Assembly (NCBI GenBank): GCA_000990325.1
Contig: LBPS01000002.1
Location: 9,562-73,561 of the forward strand
DNA length: 64,000 nucleotides
Reading direction: 5' to 3'
DNA from: Candidatus Nomurabacteria bacterium GW2011_GWE2_34_25
GTDB taxonomy: Bacteria > Patescibacteriota > Minisyncoccia > Phycocordibacterales > UBA9973
The notes beneath the pieces are model-generated. The model saw only the letters and a list, made by a program, of their open reading frames with translations. It searched no databases and was not told the DNA's origin. This document shows positions 37,553 through 46,874 of this stretch, in pieces; position 1 is the stretch's first letter, and each line of letters opens with the position of its first letter. The position numbers and the translations under genes were made by a program.

Positions 37553-38476
37553 ATGTTAATTCATGCTAAAAGAATTATAAGGTCAGGATGGCATAGCTTC
37601 GTACGAAGTGGCTTTACTTCGATTGCTAGTGTTCTCATTATGACGATCACGATATTTGTAATTACATCACTTATATTTGTCCAAGCATCTCTCAATGCAT
37701 CCCTCAATGACATTAAAGAAAAGGTAGATCTCACTATTTACTTTATACCAGGAGCAGAAGAGGTTTCTATTAAGAAAGTTGAAGAATCTTTAGTTAAATT
37801 ACCAGAGATTAATAGTATTTCATATACAAGCGCATCAGATGCATTGTCCAATTTTAAAGACAAACATGCCAATGATTATCTTACTTTACAAGCGCTAGAT
37901 GAGCTCAACGAGAATCCACTAGGAGCATCACTGAATATTAAAGCCAATGATCCCTCTCAATACGAGAGCATTGCTAAATATTTCGAGAGTGATAATGCTT
38001 TGTCAAAAGGAGCTCTTACTATTATAGACAAGATAGATTATCACCAGAATAAAATTGTTATTGATAGACTTACATCTATCATAAAAGGTGCAAAGAGTTT
38101 AGGCTTTGCTGTTTCTCTCGTTCTCATTATTATTTCCATAATCATTACCTTCAATACAATTCGCTTAATTATCTACATGTCCAAAGATGAGATTAGCGTC
38201 ATGAAGTTGGTAGGAGCTGGTTTGAAGTATGTGCAGGGCCCATTTATAGTTTCAGGTATATTAGTAGGAATATCTGCTTCTATTCTCTCGATTATTATTT
38301 TCATCCCTATTTCTATCTGGTTAGGAAATCACATGACTGATTTTATAGGTATCAATCTTTATCAGTATTACAAATCAAATTTCTTGCAATTATTTATAAT
38401 AATGCTTGGCTCCGGAATTTTCCTCGGAGGTATTTCCAGTTTCTTTGCTATTAGTAGATATTTAAGAAGAAAATAA
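37553..38476 (+). CDS. ftsX: Cell-division permease-like protein FtsX
   Basis: 4-TM FtsX topology with large extracellular loop; follows ftsE. Confidence 0.8.
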   Translation: MLIHAKRIIRSGWHSFVRSGFTSIASVLIMTITIFVITSLIFVQASLNASLNDIKEKVDLTIYFIPGAEEVSIKKVEESLVKLPEINSISYTSASDALSNFKDKHANDYLTLQALDELNENPLGASLNIKANDPSQYESIAKYFESDNALSKGALTIIDKIDYHQNKIVIDRLTSIIKGAKSLGFAVSLVLIIISIIITFNTIRLIIYMSKDEISVMKLVGAGLKYVQGPFIVSGILVGISASILSIIIFIPISIWLGNHMTDFIGINLYQYYKSNFLQLFIIMLGSGIFLGGISSFFAISRYLRRK

Positions 38477-38479
38477 AAT

Positions 38480-40156
38480 ATGAAATCATCCGTATCAAAG
38501 CTAGAGAGTAAATTATCTAACTGTAAGTATATCTTTGTAGTTGGTGGAGTTATCTCTGGCGTTGGGAAGGGAGTCGCTGCCTCTTCTATCGGCCTCCTTA
38601 TGCAGTCCAGAGGTTACAAAGTAACTTCTATAAAAATTGATCCATATATAAATATTGACGCAGGGACCATGAATCCGACAGAGCACGGAGAAGTCTTTGT
38701 GTTGGACGATGGAGATGAATGTGATCAAGATATGGGGAATTACGAGCGATTCTTAGGGGTTGATCTGTGTCGTACAAATTATATGACGACTGGTCGTGTG
38801 TATCAAGAAGTTATTCGCAAAGAGCGTAACCTAGAATACAAAGGCAAAAATGTTGAAGTTGTTCCCGATGTTCCACTTGAAGTTATTCATAGGATTAAAG
38901 AAGCAACGAGGATAACTGGTTCCGATATAACTATAATTGAAGTAGGTGGAACTGTGGGTGAATATCAAAATGTCCTATTCCTTGAAGCTGCACGTATGCT
39001 CAAAACGAAATATCCAGCTGATGTAGCCTTTGTGCTAGTTTCTTATTTGCCAGTACCTTCAAATCTAGGGGAAATGAAAACAAAACCAACTCAATACGCT
39101 TCAAGGACTTTAAACTCCGCTGGAGTTCAAGCGGATATAATAATTGCTCGTGGACCTATAGCTCTTGATAAAAAACGCAAAGAGAAGATTGCCCTATTCT
39201 GTAATGTCTCTGAAGAAAATGTCATATCTGCTCCCGATGTCAAAAGTATTTACGATATTCCAATAAATTTTGAGAAAGATAAAATGGGGGAGACTCTTGA
39301 GAGAGTCCTTAGTTTACCCAAGCGTACAGCCAATCTAACTAAATGGAAAAATTTTGTATCTAAGACGAAGAATGGTAAAGAGAAGATAAAAATAGCCGTA
39401 GTTGGAAAGTATTTTGATTCAGGTGACTTTGTCCTTTCTGATGTGTATATATCTATTCTTGAAGCATTGAAATTCTCTTCATATGAGTCAGGTGTTGGTG
39501 TAGATATTTCTTGTGTAAATTCTAAAGATTTCGAATCCAAAAAGATTCCAGTATCTATGCTAAAGAAATACGATGGAGTAATTGTTCCAGGAGGTTTTGG
39601 TGAGAGTGGAATTGAGGGGATCATCATGGCCATAAATTATGCGAGAACTCACAATATTCCTTACTTTGGACTTTGTTATGGTATGCAACTCATGGTTATA
39701 GAATATGCAAGGAATGTATTGGGCCTGAAAGATGCCAATACTCGTGAGATAAATCCAGGCTCGAAGAATCTTGTGATAGATGTTATGGAGGACCAAAAGG
39801 CTAAAATTGAAAGTAAAAATATGGGAGGTAGTATGCGTTTAGGAGCATATCCTGCCAAATTAACAAAGGGGACAGTGGCACAAAAGGCTTATGGAACATC
39901 AGAGATATCAGAGCGTCATAGACATCGCTATGAAGTCAATAATGCTTACAGGGAGGCTCTGGAGAGTGCAGGACTGGTCTTTTCAGGTCTTTCACCTGAC
40001 GGCAAGCTTTGTGAAATAGCTGAATTACCAGAAAGTAAGCACCCATTCTTCCTAGGTACCCAATTTCATCCAGAATTCAAGGCTAGACCATTAAATCCTC
40101 ATCCATTGTTTACGGCGTTTATAAAAGCATGCAAGAAATTAGGTTCTAGTAAATAG
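38480..40156 (+). CDS. pyrG: CTP synthase
   Basis: N-terminal synthetase GGVISGVGKG and C-terminal class I glutamine amidotransferase (GLCYGMQ, HRHRYE). Confidence 0.95.
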   Translation: MKSSVSKLESKLSNCKYIFVVGGVISGVGKGVAASSIGLLMQSRGYKVTSIKIDPYINIDAGTMNPTEHGEVFVLDDGDECDQDMGNYERFLGVDLCRTNYMTTGRVYQEVIRKERNLEYKGKNVEVVPDVPLEVIHRIKEATRITGSDITIIEVGGTVGEYQNVLFLEAARMLKTKYPADVAFVLVSYLPVPSNLGEMKTKPTQYASRTLNSAGVQADIIIARGPIALDKKRKEKIALFCNVSEENVISAPDVKSIYDIPINFEKDKMGETLERVLSLPKRTANLTKWKNFVSKTKNGKEKIKIAVVGKYFDSGDFVLSDVYISILEALKFSSYESGVGVDISCVNSKDFESKKIPVSMLKKYDGVIVPGGFGESGIEGIIMAINYARTHNIPYFGLCYGMQLMVIEYARNVLGLKDANTREINPGSKNLVIDVMEDQKAKIESKNMGGSMRLGAYPAKLTKGTVAQKAYGTSEISERHRHRYEVNNAYREALESAGLVFSGLSPDGKLCEIAELPESKHPFFLGTQFHPEFKARPLNPHPLFTAFIKACKKLGSSK

Positions 40157-40172
40157 TTTCTAGTGGTCAGTA

Positions 40173-40205
40173 AAAGCCCAGCCGACTTTGTCGGCTGGGC
40201 TTTTG
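40173..40205 (+). terminator. Rho-independent terminator (GCCCAGCCGAC-ttt-GTCGGCTGGGC + TTTT)
   Basis: 11-bp GC stem followed by T-run. Confidence 0.75.
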
Positions 40206-40246
40206 GATAGCATTTCTACTAGAACCTAATCACTAGAAACTAGAAC

Positions 40247-40972
40247 CTAGTTAAGTTCATCCTCCCCAGTTCTTATTTTACTATATTTTATTATTTCTAA
40301 TATCTGATCTACATCATCTGTAACTATGAACCTTTCTAGATCAGGGGCAGAGATTGTTTTGTATTTCTCTACAAATTGTTCTTCCAATATCTTTTTAATT
40401 GGATTCCAAAATTCTGTTCCGTACAAGATTATAGGAATCGGTCCTACCTTGCCAGTTTGTAAGTGAGTAAGCATTTCAAAGAATTCATACATTGTACCAG
40501 TTCCTCCAGCACAGTAGATACAAGCTTCAGTTGTGTATTGCATAGAGACTTGTCTTGCAAAGAAGAAATGAAATGGAACTTCTTTTGTCACATAAGGGTT
40601 TGTACTTTGTTCACGAGGAAGTCGAATAGTAAGACCTACTGACTCTACTCCTGCATCAAATGCTCCTTTATTAGCAGCTTCCATAAGGCCACCTCCACCA
40701 CCAGTTATAACTATATATCCTAATTCTTTAGCTATTCTATTTGCTAAATTATATGTTTTTATGTATTCAGGGTGATCGGGCTTTAATCTTGCTGAACCGT
40801 AAAAGGTAACAGAAGGTCCAATATCCTTAACAGTATCTATTCCATCACGGAATTCTTCCTGTATCATACAGAGCTTTGTTTCTTCTCCGTCTCCTCCTGT
40901 AAGAGTTATACAACCATTTTTAATATCATCTGTCGTTATGTGCCTAGGCTCATATTTTATTTCTGTAGTCAT
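40247..40972 (-). CDS. LOG-family protein paralog (TIGR00730-type)
   Basis: ITGGGGGLMEAANKGA and CAGGTGTMYEFFEMLT motifs. Confidence 0.75.
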   Translation of the reverse strand: MTTEIKYEPRHITTDDIKNGCITLTGGDGEETKLCMIQEEFRDGIDTVKDIGPSVTFYGSARLKPDHPEYIKTYNLANRIAKELGYIVITGGGGGLMEAANKGAFDAGVESVGLTIRLPREQSTNPYVTKEVPFHFFFARQVSMQYTTEACIYCAGGTGTMYEFFEMLTHLQTGKVGPIPIILYGTEFWNPIKKILEEQFVEKYKTISAPDLERFIVTDDVDQILEIIKYSKIRTGEDELN

Positions 40973-41088
40973 GAGTTACATTCTACCTTATTATCCTATG
41001 ACTTTCAATTGAATTTTTAGCATTTTGTGGTAATATGTTAAATAATTGCCGAATGGTTATGAGTTTGGAATAATTAAAGTTTTAATCT

Positions 41089-41159
41089 TGCCGAATGGTG
41101 TAATGGTAGCACGTCTCCCTCTGGAGGAGAAAATTGGGGTTCGAATCCCTGTTCGGCAG
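41089..41159 (+). tRNA. tRNA-Gln (anticodon CTG)
   Basis: U1-A72 acceptor TGCCGAA/TTCGGCA, anticodon stem TCTCC/GGAGA with loop CTCTGGA, T-arm TGGGG-TTCGAAT-CCCTG. First 12 nt duplicated at 41046-41057. Confidence 0.75.
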
Positions 41160-41293
41160 CAAAAATTGTTTAGGCAATTTTTGATGCCGAAAGCAAATGA
41201 ACTGCTTCATTTGCGTCAGGGATGAGAAAGGCTTTTCGTTATCGAAGATTGAAAAGCACCCGCGACGGTAGTCGAGAAAAGTGTACTCACGCT

Positions 41294-41310
41294 CCCTGTT
41301 CGGCAGCCAA
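41294..41310 (+). repeat. Direct repeat of the tRNA-Gln 3' end (CCCTGTTCGGCAGC) carrying an encoded CCA, 133 nt downstream of the tRNA
   Basis: 14-nt identity with 41147-41160; downstream copy reads ...GGCAGCCA while the gene copy reads ...GGCAGCAA. Confidence 0.7.
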
Positions 41311-41376
41311 GTCGTGAATAGCTCGGGATATGTTGAAGCCTATTAATTTATATTGTTTAGATATATAATATAAATC

Positions 41377-41937
41377 ATGAATATATCAAAATTAAGAATC
41401 GCATTAGGAATATTGGGAACATTTTTTCTATCTATTATTGCTACTTATTTATATGATATATTTTTTAAAAACTTTTTTATAAATATTACAACTTGGATTT
41501 TAGATTTTTTTCATAAATATAGAGATAAATTTATATATGAAGAAGTTGCAAAAGGGTTTCATAATTATGAATCCCAGTTAATGTTTGCTATGATGATTGG
41601 AATATTTTGTGGTTTGTGTGTATTTATTATTGTTAAACATATAAAATCTAAATACTCAGATAAAATAATTAATGATCAAAAAATTAAGAAAAGTTTTTGG
41701 TTCGATATAACTTTTGCTACTTTTTTCTTTTTTGTTATGTTTATACAGCAGACACAACTTTCACTAATAAATAAACTAACAACGAATTTTTATCAAAAAC
41801 TAAATACAGCAACACCATACATGAATATACACGAGAAAGATATTTTTATTTCTAATTTTTCAACAATTAAAAGCAAAAAAGATTACGAAAAAATAATTGA
41901 AAATCTTGACATATTAAAATCTCAGAATATTAACTAA
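41377..41937 (+). CDS. Hypothetical membrane protein
   Basis: 186 aa, multiple TM, AT-rich. Confidence 0.4.
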   Translation: MNISKLRIALGILGTFFLSIIATYLYDIFFKNFFINITTWILDFFHKYRDKFIYEEVAKGFHNYESQLMFAMMIGIFCGLCVFIIVKHIKSKYSDKIINDQKIKKSFWFDITFATFFFFVMFIQQTQLSLINKLTTNFYQKLNTATPYMNIHEKDIFISNFSTIKSKKDYEKIIENLDILKSQNIN

Positions 41938-41991
41938 TTATAGTGCTAGAGACTCGTCGTTGTGATTTTATAAAAATATTAAAAACAAATA

Positions 41992-42402
41992 ATGAATACT
42001 ATAGGAACAATTATTATAACAATAGCCAGTGGATTAATAGGTGGTTATATATCTTATTATTTTGCTCAGAAAACTGAAAATTATAAATTTATTCAGTTAC
42101 AAAAACAAAAAGCAGAATCTATAGCTAAATTGTTTGCTCGATGGATAAAGTATCAAGGAAAAGAGGTAGATATTTTAAATGATAAAGAGTTAAAAGACTA
42201 TTTTGAGGATCTAAATAGAATGTCTTTAGAATTAACTTTGTGGATAAAAGATGAGCAATTGTTGAACAATATTATGCTTAGACTACAAAATCATGAGAGT
42301 GCAAAAGATGTTAGAAATATTGTTGGAGATGTTAGAAAAATGATAATTGAAAATCAAAATGATAAGTTTGATAGTTCTCAGATAACTTTGTGGCCTAAAT
42401 AA
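41992..42402 (+). CDS. Hypothetical protein (N-terminal TM)
   Basis: 136 aa. Confidence 0.4.
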   Translation: MNTIGTIIITIASGLIGGYISYYFAQKTENYKFIQLQKQKAESIAKLFARWIKYQGKEVDILNDKELKDYFEDLNRMSLELTLWIKDEQLLNNIMLRLQNHESAKDVRNIVGDVRKMIIENQNDKFDSSQITLWPK

Positions 42403-42427
42403 TGCTCGAGACTGGTAATTATGGAGC

Positions 42428-42446
42428 AGCAAGGACTGTCCTTGCT
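42428..42446. repeat. Palindromic repeat family B copy (AGCAAGGA-ctg-TCCTTGCT)
   Basis: Same palindrome core recurs at 43717-43739 and, degenerate, at 46626-46648. Confidence 0.7.
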
Positions 42447-42496
42447 ATGATCCTTCATAAATAAATGTTATAAATTTAACACTTATTCCATATAGC

Positions 42497-43075
42497 GTGA
42501 GATGCTATAATGAGACTATGAAAAAAGAACTCGGTCTTAAAAAGGGCTTTGTTAAGATAGAAAAATATAATCCAGAATGGCAAAAAGGGTTTAATAAAGA
42601 GAGAAAAAACTTGAAAAAAATTTTTGGTGATGTTGCTATATCAATAGAACATGTAGGATCTACTTCAATTGTAGGCTTGTCCGCAAAACCAATAATTGAT
42701 ATTGCTATTGGGGTTCATTCACTAGAAGACATGGACAAAGTTAAGGATAAAATATTCAAGTTCTCGCATTATTCAATCAAGGAAAATAACTCAGACGGTG
42801 AAATTCTTATGAGAAGAGGTTTGCCTATCAAGCTGGGTGAAAATAAACCAAGTTTTATAACGCATTTTATTCACATTATGGAAATAGACGGTAGAAGGTA
42901 CAAGGAAACACTATTATACCGTGATTATCTAAGAAAAAATAATAAAGTCCTAAAAGAATATGATAATCTAAAACAAAAGTTAGCTATTAAATACCAGAAT
43001 GACAGAAAAGCTTATGCTAAAGCAAAGGATGAATTCATTAAAAGTATTTTAAGTAAGTGTGATAGCTCTAAGTAG
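42497..43075 (+). CDS. GrpB-family (UPF0157) nucleotidyltransferase-fold protein
   Basis: GS motif HVGSTSIVGLSAKPIIDIAIGV and length typical of GrpB. Confidence 0.65.
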   Translation: MRCYNETMKKELGLKKGFVKIEKYNPEWQKGFNKERKNLKKIFGDVAISIEHVGSTSIVGLSAKPIIDIAIGVHSLEDMDKVKDKIFKFSHYSIKENNSDGEILMRRGLPIKLGENKPSFITHFIHIMEIDGRRYKETLLYRDYLRKNNKVLKEYDNLKQKLAIKYQNDRKAYAKAKDEFIKSILSKCDSSK

Positions 43076-43154
43076 CAAGTGCTTCTTTTTGTGTTTGCTT
43101 TAATTCCTAATAGTGCTATTGTATAAATAAAATAAACCAATTAATCTTTACCGT

Positions 43155-43376
43155 ATGAAAAATTCTTGTTTGGCTTGTGGTACACCAAAAAGTAGCAATA
43201 TTTATGGTGATATGGATTGTCCAAAATGCAATTCAGAGCGCTTCTTTGGTTTCACTAACAAAGCAAAGAGTATCTTTGTTGGTGTTGCTAACTCTTTCAC
43301 TGAGGTTAATCAGGTAGATTCTCCTGTTTTTGTAGGAGAAGATCATGAAGTTTTAGAATTTAAATCTGAAGACTAA
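43155..43376 (+). CDS. Small zinc-ribbon protein (CLACGTP...CPKCNS)
   Basis: 73-aa ORF, 4 Cys. Confidence 0.35.
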   Translation: MKNSCLACGTPKSSNIYGDMDCPKCNSERFFGFTNKAKSIFVGVANSFTEVNQVDSPVFVGEDHEVLEFKSED

Positions 43377-43667
43377 ATGGAAGAAAACGAACGCTTTAGA
43401 AGGTTTCCTACTACAGACAATATTGAAATCGAGTTTGATACAGCAGATCATGTATGTATGCGATTTGGTTTCAAGGCTGGAGAAACAGCTCTTCATCCAA
43501 AAGGTGCAGAGACGGTGACATTTATAGGTGTTGCTCCTGCATATGGTAAGGCTTGGGAGCCTGCACTATGGTACGTAATACACCATCCTTCAGTAAAAGG
43601 CAAAGCCTGTTGTTGGGGTGGTGTGTCTAATCTTCTTGAAGCAGGATTCACAAGAATATCTGCTTGA
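43377..43667 (+). CDS. Hypothetical protein; locally elevated GC
   Basis: 96 aa; ATG abuts the preceding stop; GC visibly above window average. Confidence 0.4.
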   Translation: MEENERFRRFPTTDNIEIEFDTADHVCMRFGFKAGETALHPKGAETVTFIGVAPAYGKAWEPALWYVIHHPSVKGKACCWGGVSNLLEAGFTRISA

Positions 43668-43678
43668 ACTAATAAATG

Positions 43679-43708
43679 ATAAGGTCTCAGCAATGAGACC
43701 TTATTTTA
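43679..43708 (+). terminator. Terminator (ATAAGGTCTCA-gcaa-TGAGACCTTAT + TTTAT)
   Basis: 11-bp perfect stem. Confidence 0.6.
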
Positions 43709-43716
43709 TAGAAGAA

Positions 43717-43739
43717 ATAGCAAGGATGGTCCTTGCTAT
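43717..43739. repeat. Palindromic repeat family B copy (ATAGCAAGGA-tgg-TCCTTGCTAT)
   Basis: 10-bp perfect palindrome arms. Confidence 0.7.
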
Positions 43740-43803
43740 AGGCACAAAAACTTATATAATTACTACATTCAACATTTTTGAAATATCATATATAATATAT
43801 ATT

Positions 43804-44370
43804 ATGAAAACAGCAATAATAATTCATGGGTATAATAATAAATCTGAATTTTTAGACGAAAGTCGTCCTTCATCTTCCAATGATCATTGGCTTCCGTGGC
43901 TTCAAAGACAGCTATTGTTGAACGGTATTGAAGCACAAACTCCTGAGATGCCGGGTTTTTATGAGCCTAATTATGAAAAATGGAAGGATTTGTTAGACAA
44001 ATTTGAACCCGATCTGGATACGATGCTGGTTGGACACAGTTGTGGTGGAGGTTTCCTTATGAGATGGTTGAGTGAGAGTAATAAAAAAGTAGGTAAGGTT
44101 GTTCTAGTTGCTCCATGGTTAGATCCAAATAAAAAAATTGACCCTAATTTCTTTAATTTCGAAATTGACCCAAACATTGTTTCAAGGACTAATGGTATTA
44201 TCATAATGTATTCTACTGATGATAATTCTGAAATATTTAAAAGTATAGATATGCTCAAATCAAAAGTAGAGAATCTCCAAATAAAAGAATTTACTGGGAA
44301 AGGACATTTTATATTAAATCACATGAAGACAGAAAAATTCCCTGAGCTTTTAGCAATACTTTTGGAATAA
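43804..44370 (+). CDS. Alpha/beta-hydrolase, YdeN/RBBP9-like serine hydrolase
   Basis: Start moved to MKTAIIIHG; nucleophile elbow GHSCGG; ORF-track start at 43618 spans terminator and repeat. Confidence 0.6.
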   Translation: MKTAIIIHGYNNKSEFLDESRPSSSNDHWLPWLQRQLLLNGIEAQTPEMPGFYEPNYEKWKDLLDKFEPDLDTMLVGHSCGGGFLMRWLSESNKKVGKVVLVAPWLDPNKKIDPNFFNFEIDPNIVSRTNGIIIMYSTDDNSEIFKSIDMLKSKVENLQIKEFTGKGHFILNHMKTEKFPELLAILLE

Positions 44371-44405
44371 TGCCGGAGAGGTGTTTTTTTTGATATAATA
44401 AAGCA

Positions 44406-44993
44406 ATGAATATTCAAAGACCAAAATCAAAACAACCAATACCAGAACATGCCACAAAAGTTTTTCAAGGTGTGTTGTTCGATGTTTATCATTGGGATCA
44501 AGAACAGTTTGATGGAAGTAAGAAAACTTTTGAAAAGATAAAAAGATCTGATACTGTCGTTGTTTTCCCTGTACTTAATGACGGGAAGATTATTCTAACT
44601 AAACAGGAACAGCCAGGTAAAGAACCATTTATTGGAACTACGGGAGGAAGAGTAGATGAAGGAGAAGACATACTAACTGCTGCAAAAAGAGAACTATTAG
44701 AAGAAAGTGGTTACGAAGCTGACGAATTTATCCTATGGGATGCTCAACATCCAACTAGTAAGATTGATTGGGTAGTATATACATTTATCGCAAAAGGATT
44801 AAGAAAGATAGATGTACCGCATTTAGATTCAGGAGAAAAAATAGAATTAATGTTTGTGACCTTAGATGAATTAATCGAAGAAGGGATTAAAAAGAATTTT
44901 TCTGAACATGAGATCATAAATCATTTATATGAGGCAAAATTTGATGCAAATAAGAAAGAAGAATTGAGAGAACTATTTAAACCTATAATATAA
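44406..44993 (+). CDS. NUDIX hydrolase
   Basis: Nudix box GGRVDEGEDILTAAKRELLEESG. Confidence 0.85.
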   Translation: MNIQRPKSKQPIPEHATKVFQGVLFDVYHWDQEQFDGSKKTFEKIKRSDTVVVFPVLNDGKIILTKQEQPGKEPFIGTTGGRVDEGEDILTAAKRELLEESGYEADEFILWDAQHPTSKIDWVVYTFIAKGLRKIDVPHLDSGEKIELMFVTLDELIEEGIKKNFSEHEIINHLYEAKFDANKKEELRELFKPII

Positions 44994-44995
44994 TC

Positions 44996-45676
44996 ATGAA
45001 TAAAGAATTTAAAATAATAGATCTAACTCATAAGCTTTCACCCGAAGCTCCTTCTTGGGATGGAAGTTGTGGTTTTGAATTATCTATTAGTACAGATTAC
45101 AAAGATTGTACGCCTCCAGATTTGTTTCGTATACAAAAAATAAAGTGTGGTGCAGGAATGGGTACTCATATGGATGCACCTGCACATGTTGTACCAAACG
45201 GAAGAACGATAGATGAATTAAATTTTGAAGAATTAGCAACAGACTGCGTTGTAATTGATGTTAGTAAAGAAGCAAATGCAGATTATGTAATTCTGCCAGA
45301 AGTTGTTGAAAAATTTGAGAAAGAATATAGTGAAATTAAATCAAATAGTTTTGTGATTTTTTATACTGGCTGGGATAAACATTGGAATAATAGAGAGAAG
45401 TATAATAATGATCATAAATTTCCTAGTATGGACATATCCACCGCTGAACTTCTTCTCCAAAGAAATATTGCAGGGATAGGAACGGATACTTTATCTGTAG
45501 ATACAGGAAAGAATGGATTCCCAGTTCATCATGCGATATTAGGAGGTAATAAATACCTTGTAGAGAATGTTGCAAATGCAAAAGAATTACCACCGATCGG
45601 ATCAAAAAGTTTAGTTTTACCAATGAAGATTAAAGAAGGTACGGAAGCACCTATTCGGTTAATTGCATTAATTTAA
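44996..45676 (+). CDS. Cyclase-family protein (kynurenine formamidase-like)
   Basis: Metal-binding HMDAPAHV motif typical of putative cyclases. Confidence 0.65.
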   Translation: MNKEFKIIDLTHKLSPEAPSWDGSCGFELSISTDYKDCTPPDLFRIQKIKCGAGMGTHMDAPAHVVPNGRTIDELNFEELATDCVVIDVSKEANADYVILPEVVEKFEKEYSEIKSNSFVIFYTGWDKHWNNREKYNNDHKFPSMDISTAELLLQRNIAGIGTDTLSVDTGKNGFPVHHAILGGNKYLVENVANAKELPPIGSKSLVLPMKIKEGTEAPIRLIALI

Positions 45677-45680
45677 ATTT

Positions 45681-46550
45681 ATGAACCAAACAAATACTAA
45701 TTTAATCTTAAATACAGGTGCTACAATGCCTATAATAGGTCTTGGCACATGGAAATCTGTACCAGATAAGGCAGGAAAGGCAGTTGAATATGCACTTTCT
45801 GAGTGTGATTATCATCATATCGATTGCGCAGCTATATATCGTAATGAAAAAGAAATTGGAGAAGCTTTTATAAAAGTATTTGGAAGTGGAAAAGTAAAAA
45901 GGGAAGATATTTTCATTACTAGTAAGCTTTGGAATTCTGAGCATCATAAAGAATCTGTACGAAAGGCATGTAAGAAAACTCTTGCTGATTTAAACCTTGA
46001 ATATTTAGATCTATATCTTATGCATTGGGGGATAGCTATCCCTTACAATGATGCACTCACAAACAATCCAACGGGGAGGTGGAATGAACAACTCGACGAA
46101 AATGGTTTTTTAATTACTGAAAAAGTTTCTATTAGAGAGACATGGGAAGCAATGGAAGAACTTGTGCAGGCAGGCCTTGCAAAAGCTATAGGTGTATCAA
46201 ATTTTACTGCACCTATGCTTAATGATTTACTTTCTTATGCCAAAATAAAACCTGCTGTTAATCAGATTGAATTACATGTGTATCTACAACAGCCTGAATT
46301 AATAGAATTTTGTAAATACAATGATATTGTTGTCACAGCTTATTCTCCGCTTGGATCTCCTGGTAATTATAAAGATAAGGGATTCCCAGAATTAATTGAG
46401 GATAAGACTATAAAAGAAATTGCAAAAAATCATAGAAAATCTCCAGCGCAAGTATTAATTCGTTGGGGTATACAGAGGGGCACAGTTTTAATACCAAAGA
46501 GCACTACACCAGAAAGAATAAAAGAAAATATAGATGTATTTGATTTTTAA
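45681..46550 (+). CDS. Aldo/keto reductase
   Basis: IGLGTWKS, catalytic tetrad context (D, Y, K, H), LWNSEHH; 289 aa. Confidence 0.85.
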   Translation: MNQTNTNLILNTGATMPIIGLGTWKSVPDKAGKAVEYALSECDYHHIDCAAIYRNEKEIGEAFIKVFGSGKVKREDIFITSKLWNSEHHKESVRKACKKTLADLNLEYLDLYLMHWGIAIPYNDALTNNPTGRWNEQLDENGFLITEKVSIRETWEAMEELVQAGLAKAIGVSNFTAPMLNDLLSYAKIKPAVNQIELHVYLQQPELIEFCKYNDIVVTAYSPLGSPGNYKDKGFPELIEDKTIKEIAKNHRKSPAQVLIRWGIQRGTVLIPKSTTPERIKENIDVFDF

Positions 46551-46625
46551 TAAAAATTTACGTTTTGTTAATCCCGGTATATGGTGGAAGATTCCTTATT
46601 TTAATTAAACTTATAATTTATGAAC

Positions 46626-46648
46626 TAGCAAGGACCATTCTTGCTAAA
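46626..46648. repeat. Palindromic repeat family B, degenerate copy (TAGCAAGGA-ccat-TCTTGCTA)
   Basis: One mismatch in the right arm. Confidence 0.5.
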
Positions 46649-46689
46649 TATTTATTCAATATTTAAAAATTTGATATAATATATACATA

Positions 46690-46869
46690 TGAAAAATAAT
46701 ATATCAAACGGTGGAGGAGGATGTATTTATGGGCTTGCTCTCATAGGTTCATTAATTTATTTCTTGAAAGGGGCTGTCTCTTTTGGGGCTATTATGCTTG
46801 CAATAGGGAAGTCAATTGTATGGCCTGGAGTACTCGTCTATCATTTACTAAAATTCTTACAAATTTAAT
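46690..46869 (+). CDS. Unlisted small membrane protein (59 aa; Gly-rich N-terminus, 2 TM)
   Basis: ATG ORF read manually: MKNNISNGGGGCIYGLALIGSLIYFLKGAVSFGAIMLAIGKSIVWPGVLVYHLLKFLQI. Confidence 0.35.
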
Positions 46870-46874
46870 ATTTT

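Noticed and set aside
43618-43803. 5' extension of the hydrolase ORF
   Set aside because: The extension runs through a terminator hairpin and a palindromic repeat. The conserved protein starts at MKTAIIIHG (43804).
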